NCBI GenBank assembly: GCA_054600435.1
Contig: BAAIJX010000009.1
Location: forward strand, 248,001 to 312,000
Origin: Neophaeotheca triangularis
Lineage: Eukaryota
Direction of reading: 5' to 3'
DNA: 64,000 nt
The translations under genes were made by a program, and so were the position numbers. A model generated the notes under the pieces. That model searched no databases. It had not been told where the DNA came from and saw nothing but the letters and a program-made list of their open reading frames with translations. This document shows, piece after piece, positions 1-10,913 of this stretch (position 1 is its first letter; each line of letters starts with the position of its first letter).

Positions 1-1064
1 AAGACGGCTTGCGTGCCTTTGCCGGCTTGTCCTAGCCAACTGCAAGTGGAGGCGTTCTTATCTCCACCTCTTATCGGCCTTGTAGTGCTTCTCCGCACCA
101 CGCCAAGAGATTAGTGCTGCTAGCGTGGGCTAGGCGGAGACGACAAGTATGAACGAGGTCACTGACTTGTTAAGGCCGGTTTGGTCTACCCAGTGCATGG
201 AGGGGTTTCTACGTCCATGTTGGGAGAGTTGCTACATTCTGATTCTCGAGGGTGTGTGTCTTCCAGGTTAGGTCGGCTGGCAATGCTCGGATCCGCCAAT
301 ATCGCCAGGCATATCGTTCAATAATGACCGCCAGCTTACCAGCCGGAACCGGGAGTTGAATTCACCTCCTACCTAGGTACGAGCGCAGATCCACCACATG
401 CACACATCGTGGCACCCGTGAGGCGTGCGAGCCGCTTGCGGCTTGACGGGAGTTTGGAGTCTCACCCCGGACCCTCCACAGAAACTGCCCGCGTCAAAAG
501 AACGGGTCAGTGGGGCGCTTCTTTAAACAAATCACGACTTCTAGCTGCCTAATAGGGCAAGCCGGCTATTTATGCTCGTTGACCGGTGCTATCATATGGA
601 GAGCATAACGAATTATATTTGCGTGACAACGAAGGCCGGCCAAGGATATGCTTGAGGCAGGCAAGGCCTGAGAACAAACAAATCTGGCGCCTGCACAAAT
701 CCCATGAGGACACGAGCGGAATCGCATATTGCTGTACATGAGTACTTAGGATCGGCATAGACTCGTGCTCTACAGTGGGGCCACTAAGGGGCAATTGTCA
801 TGACGGCGTGCAACGGTAAGGACATGTTGCGGGGATAAGATGGATAATTATGGGGGTTCCATGTAGCAATGAAGCCAGAGGCTATGGTCCATGGAGCCAT
901 AAAGTCACCCATCGGCCATCGCCCACGGCTCTGCGTATCTCCGTCGAGACACTTAAAGTCCCCTTTACATTTCCACAGCTGACAGCCTTTCCCTCGTTTT
1001 CTCCCTCTCTCCTGGACCCCGCCAGTTTGAACTCGGCTTACACAACCTTCATCCACCCACAGCC

Positions 1065-2920
1065 ATGGAGTCTACAGGCCAAACAGCAGAGCCCATTGCC
1101 GACGGCGCATGGGCAGTAGCAAAGCAATCTTTTGGCGACCTCTTCCGCTGGAAACAACGAGTTGAGATCCGCAACGAGTACGGCGAAGTGCGCACCGAAT
1201 GGCAAGTGCCCGTACGACTGAAGAACCCCATCTCGCTCTTCGCCCAACTCTCGCCGTCGGGATGGCTCTTCTTCATCGTCGGCTTTTGCGCTTGGACGGC
1301 AGACGCTTTTGACTTCCACGCTTTGTCGATCCAGACGGTCAAGCTGGCCGCATACTACAATCAAACGAATACGGCGATTAGTACGGCGATTACTCTTACG
1401 CTTCTTTTGAGGTCCGTTGGAGCGCTTTTCTTTGGAATTGCGGGAGACCGTTTTGGTAAGATATTATCTTGTACCCGTTGGGAAAGACTCCGCTCGCTAA
1501 CACTACATACCAGGTCGGAAATACCCCATGGTTCGTCGTCTCGCCTTCGCCGTTTGTGGAAGACTTGGCGCTTACTAACCCTAAAAAAGGTTATCAACAT
1601 GTTTGTTCTTGGATTGTTACAAATTGCCACGATCTATTCGAACACTTTCCAACAGTTTCTCGCTGTGAGAGCGCTCTTCGGCCTCTTCATGGGTGGTGTT
1701 TGTAAGCTACATGTCGTCACTAATGCGGTTAAATCAACCATGCTGACTTTTGGTAGATGGAAATGCCGTAGCCATGGCCCTGGAGAACTGCCCCATCGAA
1801 GCTCGCGGTATTATGAGCGGTATTCTCCAGCAAGGCTACTCGCTGGGCTACGTCCTCGCGGCATGCGCCAACCTGGGCGTCGGTGGTGAGGTGAATACCT
1901 GGAAGACTGTTTTCTGGATTGCTGCAGGACTGTCAATCGGGGTTGGATGCGTTCGACTATTATTCCCCGAATCCAAACAATTCAGGGAGTTAAAGAAGCA
2001 AGGGCACAAAGGCCCCAATGCCAAAGAGTTCTTGAAAGAAACGAAGAGCATGCTTGCTGCCGAGTGGAAGCTGTGCGTCTACTGCATTTTTCTAATGTCC
2101 TGGTTCAACTACTACAGCCACGCCTCCGAAGACTCTTACACGACGTTCATGATCCAGCAGAAGGGTCTCAGCAACTACGATGCCAGCATCGCTTCTATTC
2201 TGTAAGTGGAGAGGGGATACGCAAGGCCAGCAAGCCTTACTGACAGTCTTCCAGAATGAAGAGCGGCGCGTGCGTTGGAGGGACCTTCTTAGGGTATATC
2301 TCGCAATGGGTCGGCCGTCGAAGAGCAATCGTTCTCGCCGCACTCTGCAGCGCCGTGTTTATCCCCGCTTGGATCCTACCCAACTCCACCGGCGCGCTTT
2401 CCGCCACCGGTTTCATAATGCAGTTCTTCGTGCAAGGAGCTTGGGGAGTGATCCCAATCCACCTCAACGAGTTGTCGCCGGCAGCATTCCGCTCTTCGTT
2501 CCCCGGCGTCACGTATCAGATGTAAGTTCTCCCTCAGTACGCACACGAACGCGAGGCGTCCGCCGAGAAGACCACATCTAACCTTATTCAAACAGCGGCA
2601 ACATGATTTCCGCCCCCGCAGCCCAAATCGTCAACGCCATTGCCGAAGGCGTGCTCCTCGATAACGCTGCTGGCGGCGAAAGGGTCCCATCTTACGGGCC
2701 AACAATGGCCGTTACCACGGCCATTATCGCGCTTGGAATTGCCATTACGACTGCTGTCGGGCCAGAGAAGCGTGGCAGTCACTTCGAGAGCGCTGTTGTC
2801 GGACAGCAGACCGCTGCTCATGCGGCAGAGGTCAAGAACGAGGATCTCGAGCTGGGAAGGGCTAAGAGTGTCGAGAGCGATGAACATGCTGAGTATAAAG
2901 AGGAAACGGGGAAGAATTAA
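1065..2920 (+). CDS. JEN1: MFS carboxylic acid/H+ symporter (Jen1-like), 6 exons
   Basis: Exons 1065-1455, 1514-1530, 1590-1701, 1757-2201, 2255-2521, 2596-2920 splice in frame through GT-AG introns. Motifs AWTADAFDFH, TLLLRSVGALFFG, GDRFGRKYPM, SGILQQGYSLGY, QGAWGVIPIHLNELSP are typical of fungal Jen1/SHS-family transporters. Confidence 0.9.
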
Positions 2921-3153
2921 GGGCTTCAGTCTGGAGAGACCTTGATGGTATATGATTTGGAAAAATGCATGGGTCAAAAGCGCTATCATTCATTTTTTAC
3001 AGTTCTTTTACAGTGTCACTTTGACCCCCGAGTTAATACACGGCTCGAGATAGGGCTGAGCATTTGGGTTGTGGCGTGGACGAGGCACTACTGAGGTAGT
3101 GGCGGTCTAATGTTTTGAACGGGGTAAAATGGTATATGTCATTGACTTTTTCT

Positions 3154-4323
3154 CTACAGTGCCGACCGAATGACTTTCCCCAAAACACCTGGCTGCAGTA
3201 GCACATTGCCCTTCCAAGTCTCTAGCATAGGGCAAATGGCAAACTGCGCATGACTATGCTGAAAACCATACGCCCTCAAAAGACCAACATAATGAATCGA
3301 TGCCGCCAGCACAACCGCCACATGAAAAAGCTGATGGGAAGCGCCGAGAACGTCGTACCTGCCTGGTCTGGAGCTCTCCGGCCATTGGAACTGTTTCCAA
3401 CGTCAGTCAATCTGCTGGTAGGTCAAAGATGAAGAATCAGTCCTTACCACGAACGGCACCAGGCCTAGCAAATACATGCCGCCTTGAGCTAGCACCCACT
3501 TAATGCCTACCATCTCCTCCATGCCCGCCCAGCCATACAGCAAGATGCCCTTTCCCAGAGGCGCGACCCCAGAAGCGGCAAAGATGACGAAAAGCGGTGC
3601 AATCATCGGCCCTGCCCAAGGTTTGCGCACCAAAGGCGAAAGCAGAAAAGCAACGAGCAAGACCGCAATTCCGGTAAACTCGAGCCATTGTCAGCAACTG
3701 CAAACCACGCAGCCCCGGACGCAGGTAAAACTCACCGTCAACAAAAACTTCCGCATCATTTCCATCTCGCACGTAAAAGTGTAGTAAATCGTCGGCACAA
3801 AGGACGACCAAATCAAGCAAGCGATACCGGCGTAGTCCAGCTGCCGACACTTTTGCGCCACGGCCTCGGAATGGCACATGAGCGTGTGGCAGCAGGTTGA
3901 GAAAGCCATGCACGCGATGCCGCCGGCGAAGAAGATGGCGAAGACGACGACGTCCTCGCGGCGGGGCGAAGTGGAGGGTTCTTCCAGGCCTGTCAGAGCC
4001 AGCGTGGCGCGCAGGATTAGGTAAAGGATTGGGAAGAGGAAGAGTAGGTGCGAGTAGATGTTGACGGTTTGGTTGTGGATGTAGGTTAGACTGGTTAGAC
4101 AGATGCGGTAGGAGAAGCTGATGGGCCGGTGGTAGCTCAGGATGTAGGGGTTGTCTTGGGCCCATTCCGGGAGGTCTTTGAGGTGGATGAGGTGGCCGTT
4201 GGTCTCTTGGGAGGTTCTGGAGTCGGGGCTGGGTATTTGCGAGCCAGGGTTGGTGTCGCCACTGCGACTAGTCCGTTCCTTGCCCATGTCCGAGTTGGCG
4301 GCCTTTGTCGAGGTTTTGTCCAT
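3154..4323 (-). CDS. PAQR/hemolysin-III family membrane protein (Izh/adiponectin receptor-like), 3 exons
   Basis: Introns 3735-3679 and 3447-3391. Motifs LPEWAQDNPYILSYHR, HNQTVNIYSH, HTLMCHS, LDYAGI, WPE..PGRYDVLGASHQLFH. Stop TAG at 3156-3154. Confidence 0.88.
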
Positions 4324-5112
4324 TATGGCTATGTTGGATGGTCAAGTATGCGGCGATTTGCGTACTGCAACGTTGCTCAAGTGACCATGTTTTCAATTTT
4401 TATCCTTCAACTATTAAATAGGGATCGTTAAAGGTTTCCCCTTCGGCTTCTGACCGAAAGAGAGTGGTTCCGACAAAGAGAGTTTTCGTTACCCATCAAC
4501 AACCTCCCGCAGAGATTGAGGTTCGGCCTACGTGCTGCGCCTCATTTCATTTTAATGTAGCCAAGACATTTCAATATCTTGGTGTCTAAAAGAGATTTGG
4601 CCTCATGCTTCATTCTGTTTATTGCAGTTTCTTATCCTCGTCAAAAACTAAGAGCTGCTATATGAGCGTAGGTACTACATAGGTTCGCAGGCATTTGACT
4701 TCACCGCTTGGCGTCAGGACAAGATGTCACTGCTAGTCTTGACTGCGCCACCTTGGACTCTGGAGAAGATTGCCCGCGACACAGTGCCAAGAAGCTCGAT
4801 CTATCAAGTTGAAGCGCTGAGGATCGATACAAAAGAGCTTGCGCAAATGCCTGAAAAGAACACTGCTGTGTCCATTGGTGTTATCGGCCAGCAAAAATGC
4901 TTCATGTACTCGCCGTCCAGACGAAAGCATGCTTCATAGACAATTGAACCGACGACCCTCTTGAACCCCCGTCCTTCGGAAGTTCGCAGACACTAGCTGC
5001 TATCTCTGTACTTGAAAGGTGGTCGAAAGAACGACCATGTCTATCTATGTGATATCTATACACCTCCAGCCTTCACAACAACCCATACCCATCTCGTCCA
5101 AAGGACTTCAGC

Positions 5113-5947
5113 TCAATACTGAGCATACCCCCCAGAAGCACTAATACACTGCCCGCTGACCCAACTACTCCCCTCGCCAGCCAAAAACCCCACAACCTCG
5201 GCAATCTCCTCAACCCTCCCAGCCCTCTGCTGAACAGGCGTAGCCAGCAACTGCGGCCTCACCGTCGCCTCATCCACCTTCTCCAACATCTCCGTCTGCA
5301 CAGGCCCGGGATTGACGGCATTGACAGTGGTCCCATCCCTCCCCAACTCGACCGCCCAATTCCGCGTCAGCCCCTCCAGCGCGGCTTTGGAAGCCGCGTA
5401 CATGCCTACGTTCGGGTAGCCCTGGCGTGCGCCGACGCTGCTGATGTTGATGATGCGGCCCGGGCGGCGGAGGTGCGGGAGCACGGCTTGCAACATCAGG
5501 AGCGGGGCGCGGACGTTGGTGTGGAAGATTTCGTCGAAATGGGCGGGGCTGATGTCCGCGATGGCCGCGTCGCTGATGATGGCGGCGTTGTTGATTAGGA
5601 TGTCGATGCTAGGGCCGAAAGCGAGGAGCGTGGCGTCGATGATTTTGGAGGGGCTGGTGGGGAGTTTGAGGTCGGCTTGCACTGCGATGGCTTTGCTGGC
5701 GGTCGTTGAGGTTATCTTCTGTACGAGGGCTTCCGTTGGGGCTTGCGAGTTGGGGTTTGTGTAGGTTAGAGTCACGTTTGCGCCGCGCTGGGCGAGGTCG
5801 AGGGCCAGGCCGGCGCCGATGCCACGGCTGGCGCCTGTGACGATGGCGCTGGAGATGATCGTCAGTTTGGTGTTCTTGCGAAGAAGAGGTGTTTAGTGCG
5901 GATTACACTTTGCCCTCAAGGCTGCTGGTTGAGGATTTAGGAGCCAT
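5113..5947 (-). CDS. Short-chain dehydrogenase/reductase (FabG-like), 2 exons
   Basis: ATG at 5947, intron about 5906-5849. Spliced protein has KVAIVTGASRGIG (TGxxxGIG), NNAA, YAASK catalytic motif and NAVNPG. Confidence 0.9.
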
Positions 5948-6614
5948 TGTTGTTTTCTATAAGGGATCGTGTATAGTTGGTTCGGAATTGAGGACAAGGT
6001 TTGGAAAGTTGTCGATAGCGGTTTTCCAGGTATGTTCGTTAGTTAGTTATCATCTATGAATGTAGTCGTGAATTGTACATTTGTACGATCGAATTTTTGC
6101 CACCAACGAATGTCATGAATTTATCTGGAGCAAGACCACCTTGAACTTTACTAAGCATCATCGCTCCGCAGTAACTTGACGAAAGATCTGCAAGTACCCA
6201 CCAGGTCAGTAATACACACCAAGTAATGGCTAAGCAAGACAACAAGGTGCCGAAGTTTTCTGAAGTCATCTGGCTGTTCGATGAGACGGACGTAGCAAAG
6301 CTCGTCGCTCAGCTCAAGTCCGACCGGGGAGGGTACCGGAAGGGCCTACGTTCGTGCATGTCAATCACAGAATTCATATTTTCAAATATTGACAAACTCC
6401 TCAAGAACATCATGTCTGTACAAAATGACATGTCATGTCCCTAAAGTGATATACAAGGGCCAGCCGGCCGCGTCGGGAGGGGTATTCACAAAGTCTCGTC
6501 TTCTTCCAAAATTTCCGGCTAACCCAAATACCAGCGACCCCTAAGCGCCGTTCAGAATCCCATTTTTACAAACCGCCCCAAGAACGAAACAAAGAAACCA
6601 CAAGGCCGTCAATT

Positions 6615-8384
6615 CTATATCCTCGAGTACTCGTACTCGTTCTTACCGCCTCGCAGCCCGCCCCGCCGGATAAGCACGCGCATGCCGTACCAGGCGCCCA
6701 CAACTGTGAGAGCGACGACGAAGAGCACGCCAGCTGCGACGGTGAAGTTCCTAGCTCCTGACGAAGCCATGTTGGGCGTAGCTTCTGAATGCTTTAAGAC
6801 TTTGCTGCCCTTATCTAGAGCTGCTACTCTGTAGTGAGAGAACTCCTGCGCCGCATTTCCGGAAGGCAGGGAGATGACGGATTCGAAGCCCTGTCTCTCT
6901 ACTTCGGCGACGGGCTCGAAGTTCTTGGCGTCGTCTTTGGAGGCCTGGAGTTCCCAGAAGGCGACCTCTGTCGCGCCATTCCAGCTGACATAGAGGTTGT
7001 TGTTCTGGATTTTGATGCTAGGGGGGTAGTCTGGTTCCCCGACCCAATCAATTTTGTAGGCTCGGTAGGATTTAATGCGGCCCCACCAGAAGAGGTGGCC
7101 GGCGCCGAAATGGGTTTCGCAGAGAAGTTCGCCCGAGGGTTGGTGCTCGGTGTAGGCTGCGGATGCGCCCCAGCCGATGAAGATGTTGCCGGAGGGAACT
7201 TCTTGGACTGAGCCTTGGGAGGGGGCTCGTGTTTGTTGGAGAGAGACGTAAGTGGCTTGCAGCTCTGCTGTGCGATTTTCGACGTCGAGGTGGATTTTCA
7301 TGCCTTTGCTGTAGGGGGCGTCCATGTGCAGGGGTCCGGCGTCTTCGTTGTCGAAGAGCGTTAAGATGTTTTCTTCCTCGTTGAGCCATCGGGCGTCGTG
7401 TTGCCATCGGAACGTGCTCGCTGCGCCTCCGGAGAGGTCTTCGAAGTCGCTGTAGCGGCCGCCGAAGACCCAGAGTACTTCCCCAGTCGGACTGAGGCAA
7501 GTCACGCTGTGAAAGTGCCGGGAAGAGATAAGGTAATTGCCTTTGGAGTCCTTGTCGATACTGTTGAGGTGGTAAAAGTCGAATGGTATACTGTCCCAGT
7601 ATCCGGCAAACGGATGCGTCATGTAGGAGTCGTTGCCACGAAAGTGCTGAGAAGCATCCCACTCAAAGATCAACTCCCCAGTGGCAATCGCAACTTCTTG
7701 GAACCCGCTATCAGTAATCCATCCTTCCACCGGCCTGCCCATCGCAGACAAATCAGCGTTGCCTTTCTGGTAAACAGTCATAAGCGCCGTGTCGTTCTCG
7801 GTAATCTTAAACTCGTGTAAATCGCCGTGCTTGCCCTTCCCCACAGCACCAACCCTATGCACAACTTCGTACCGGTTATTTAGCATGTAGTAGTGCCCTT
7901 GCCCCATACTGCCAGACTTGGAGCCAGCCCAGAAAGTCAGAAAGTCCTGATCCTGATAGCGCTGCAACTCCAGATTCATCGTGGAACCGTACTCTCCGCT
8001 CATCCACACCAGCTCACCCCGCGAGTCCAAAATCATGGGCCCAGGATGGGGCACCGAACCTCCACCCGGAGAGATGAGAACATAACCCCCATCACACGAA
8101 CTATCCCAGCGCAAACGTTTCGTAATCGGAGCCTCGAGATCGAAGCTCACGAACTGCCGGGTCGGGTAGAAACCGTAGACACCGAGGTCGTAAAAGGGCG
8201 TCACCAGCGCCGGCATCAGCCATGCTAGTATCGGCAGTAACAGTTGGTGGACGGCGAACAATACCAACAGCAGTGCTGCAAGGGATGCTATCGCCAGGCC
8301 CGCGATGCGGAGTTTGCGCCAGCGACCGGGCGTGTGTGGCTTGAACCACTTTGCCCGCGTGGGCGTCGGTAGACTCCATTCCAT
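6615..8384 (-). CDS. Fungal arylsulfotransferase (ASST)-like beta-propeller protein, membrane anchored
   Basis: Long intronless ORF, first ATG at 8384. Motifs GPMILDSRGELVW, DLHEFKIT, DFYHLNSIDKD, WQHDARW, SQGSVQ, SYRAYK, YVSWNGATEV. Hydrophobic segments near both ends. Confidence 0.85.
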   Translation of the reverse strand: MEWSLPTPTRAKWFKPHTPGRWRKLRIAGLAIASLAALLLVLFAVHQLLLPILAWLMPALVTPFYDLGVYGFYPTRQFVSFDLEAPITKRLRWDSSCDGGYVLISPGGGSVPHPGPMILDSRGELVWMSGEYGSTMNLELQRYQDQDFLTFWAGSKSGSMGQGHYYMLNNRYEVVHRVGAVGKGKHGDLHEFKITENDTALMTVYQKGNADLSAMGRPVEGWITDSGFQEVAIATGELIFEWDASQHFRGNDSYMTHPFAGYWDSIPFDFYHLNSIDKDSKGNYLISSRHFHSVTCLSPTGEVLWVFGGRYSDFEDLSGGAASTFRWQHDARWLNEEENILTLFDNEDAGPLHMDAPYSKGMKIHLDVENRTAELQATYVSLQQTRAPSQGSVQEVPSGNIFIGWGASAAYTEHQPSGELLCETHFGAGHLFWWGRIKSYRAYKIDWVGEPDYPPSIKIQNNNLYVSWNGATEVAFWELQASKDDAKNFEPVAEVERQGFESVISLPSGNAAQEFSHYRVAALDKGSKVLKHSEATPNMASSGARNFTVAAGVLFVVALTVVGAWYGMRVLIRRGGLRGGKNEYEYSRI

Positions 8385-9403
8385 GACCACGTGCGAGCCG
8401 TAAATTCGGCTCTTTTCTTTGTGACTAACGAGTGATTGTTGTTTTACGGTCGGCCATGGGAGCTAGGTAGAGGTGCTTTTGCAGGTGCTGGCAGGTAGTG
8501 TGTGAGTGTGACAGCTTGTGCTGATGCGTGTTTCTGGGTGAGGTCAACGGCGGCCCAACCAAGGAGTGGCGGAGCACTCAAGGTTTCTCTTGGCGCGGGT
8601 TGCTAGCGTGGAGCAGCGGACTATGGTAGGTAAGGTAACCTTGTTAGGGTTTGATGCCGCGCTGCAGAGGGAGTAACGCCGAATACGAAATGACATACGA
8701 AAAGGCAAAGGACAGCCTCCATCCTCTTACCTGCAGTAACCATAACTCATCACTCACTAGTCACTCCAGGATCGTAACCGCTTGTAGGCCCATCTTCGCC
8801 GTGACGACGGCGGCGGCGGATAGCTTTGCCGCAGGGGCACATCACCTCACTTCCCCCGGCGGGGTAGCAGTCATGTAGCATGTTTCCGCCCACTTCGGCT
8901 ACCGGTTGATGTTATCATTCGCACTTATCAAGCGCGGCATATTCCTCAGGAGCATTGACGGGAAAGAAGCAAGAAAAAGGGAAAAATTCAGAGCGAGCGA
9001 AGTGAATGTCCGTCGGGAGCAGCGACGACAGTTTTCTTACTTCCAAGCAAGGCTGCAACATTGTTGCCTAGGAATCCTTCGGGCGTCGCTTGCTGACCAA
9101 GACTCGTCTGGACCGCTCACTACCTACCTAGGTACTTTCTTTACGCTATCGCGTCTGCGAGATCTTGCTACATAATATCGGGCACCAGTCTCTAGTGCTA
9201 GGCTTGTTTGGCTTTCAATATGAATGGTAGATAGGCGAGGCGATGGGTGGATCGATAGAAATGCCCACATGGCAGACAGGTCACAACAACAATCTAGAAA
9301 TTCAGCGGTTGATCTAGCAAGGAGGACTGAGAACGAGCAATGGTTCTGCGCCCTAGCACACTATTATACCAGTAGTCTATATAGAGAGCAACAGATCCCC
9401 CAG

Positions 9404-10664
9404 TCAACGTCCAGCAAGCACCTCTAACAAGTTTTCCCACCCACCCAAATCATAAAGATTCTCCAAATCCTCCAAATTCCATACCCTTGTCCAAAGCGCC
9501 TCTTGCCCATTCGGCGGCCGTCCATCATTCGTCCTCACAACCATTTGATCGCTAAGCACCGGCCACCACACGTCCGGCTCGTCAGATCCCGCACTCGACA
9601 GTGCAGGGTTAGAAACGTGTTCTGGCCCACGCTTTTCAACTTCCCTCTCAAGATTGTGCTTCTGGAGCGCGCGCTTGGAAGCTCGAAAAACCATTCCGTC
9701 GGCCATGTCGTCACGCCAGTCCGCCCATTTCGCCGTCTCGTTAGTCGTCATGCCTGCCCAGATGAGATAGCAGTGGTAGCCCAGCAGCGCCAAGGGTAAG
9801 CCAGCAGTCGCCACGGCAAGCATCCCCACGCCAGCAATGCTGAGACCGCCTTCCTGCGTCGCTCGTCCAAAGATGTCGATGACTTCTTGCAGTCCGGCGC
9901 TCGAGAGCAGGGAATTTTGCCGATTGACGCGCAGCACCGGTCGCAGTATCCACCAGCTGAGGTACGCGCCGTAGGAGAGTAGTATACTTAAGGTTAGGAG
10001 CAGGCCCAGGAAATAGCGATAGTTGCCTCTTCCTAGGCAATTGTCGACCCATGGGCAGTGGTGGTCGGCTTTGGCCACGCAGACGCCGCAGAGGGAGCAG
10101 TGTTTGCTGCGAGCGGGCTTGGGGAGCTCGCAAGTTCGGCAAGGGTTGTCGGGCCGGTAAAGAACGTGGTCGTAAGGGTAGTCATGGAGGCTTGTTTCGT
10201 GGTTGAAGGGCGTGATGTGGTGGGCGGTGTGAGTGACGCTTAGGTAGGTGAAGAGGTAGGGGAGACTTAGAAGGAGAGGAATGGGGATGAGGAGGTGGGT
10301 GGGAAGGAGGTCGGTTGCGTTCCAGAGGAAAAGGATGGCGCAGCCGGTGAGGAGGAAGAGAAAGGCTATCTACAAAGGGAAATGAGCCTGTGGTCTTACC
10401 TTGAGATTGCTGTGTACCTACCAGGACGACAGGGTTCTTTTCGTAGAACAGGTAGTGACCGAGGGATTGACTGCGATGAGTGATTTGCCCTCCTGTCAGG
10501 GTCGAGTCGATCTGCCGAAGGCGTTTTGGGATGTGGATGCAGAGTACTCGCTGCAGTAGGCCGATGGGCGTCTTTCTGAGCGCCGGGAGCTGGCCGAAGA
10601 GCGCTATGAAAGTTACGAGCGAGACGATGAGGACGCCCAGCAGTACTTTATAGAGAATACTCAT
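9404..10664 (-). CDS. SWF1: DHHC palmitoyltransferase Swf1, 2 exons
   Basis: Intron 10421-10370 joins the N-terminal FGQLPALRKTPIG segment to C..C...KPARSKHCSLCGVCVAKADHHCPWVDNCLG, followed by TTNE and NLYDLG motifs. Confidence 0.9.
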
Positions 10665-10913
10665 GATACGCTTGGTACTCTCACAAAGATTGATACAGTT
10701 ATGTACCTAAACTGTTCAGTTGTTCCTCAAATCTCCATTCTTGTCAAGTACTCGGAATTTTTGGTCTGTGCGCGTCTTGTGCAGCTTCACGCGTCTTGCG
10801 GGGTTTACAGTACCTTACCTAGTCTACTGGAGGTATCAACTTTCCTTTTCGCCTGAACACCTCACAACCTCACCTTCTCTTGTCCCCTTTCCACGTCCGC
10901 AGCCATATCAACC

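Noticed and set aside
46..834. Six CreA-type SYGGRG sites upstream of JEN1
   Set aside because: Degenerate 6-mer whose density is close to chance at this GC content.
1576..1585. CTAACCCTAA telomere-like sequence
   Set aside because: It is the branch-point region of JEN1 intron 2.
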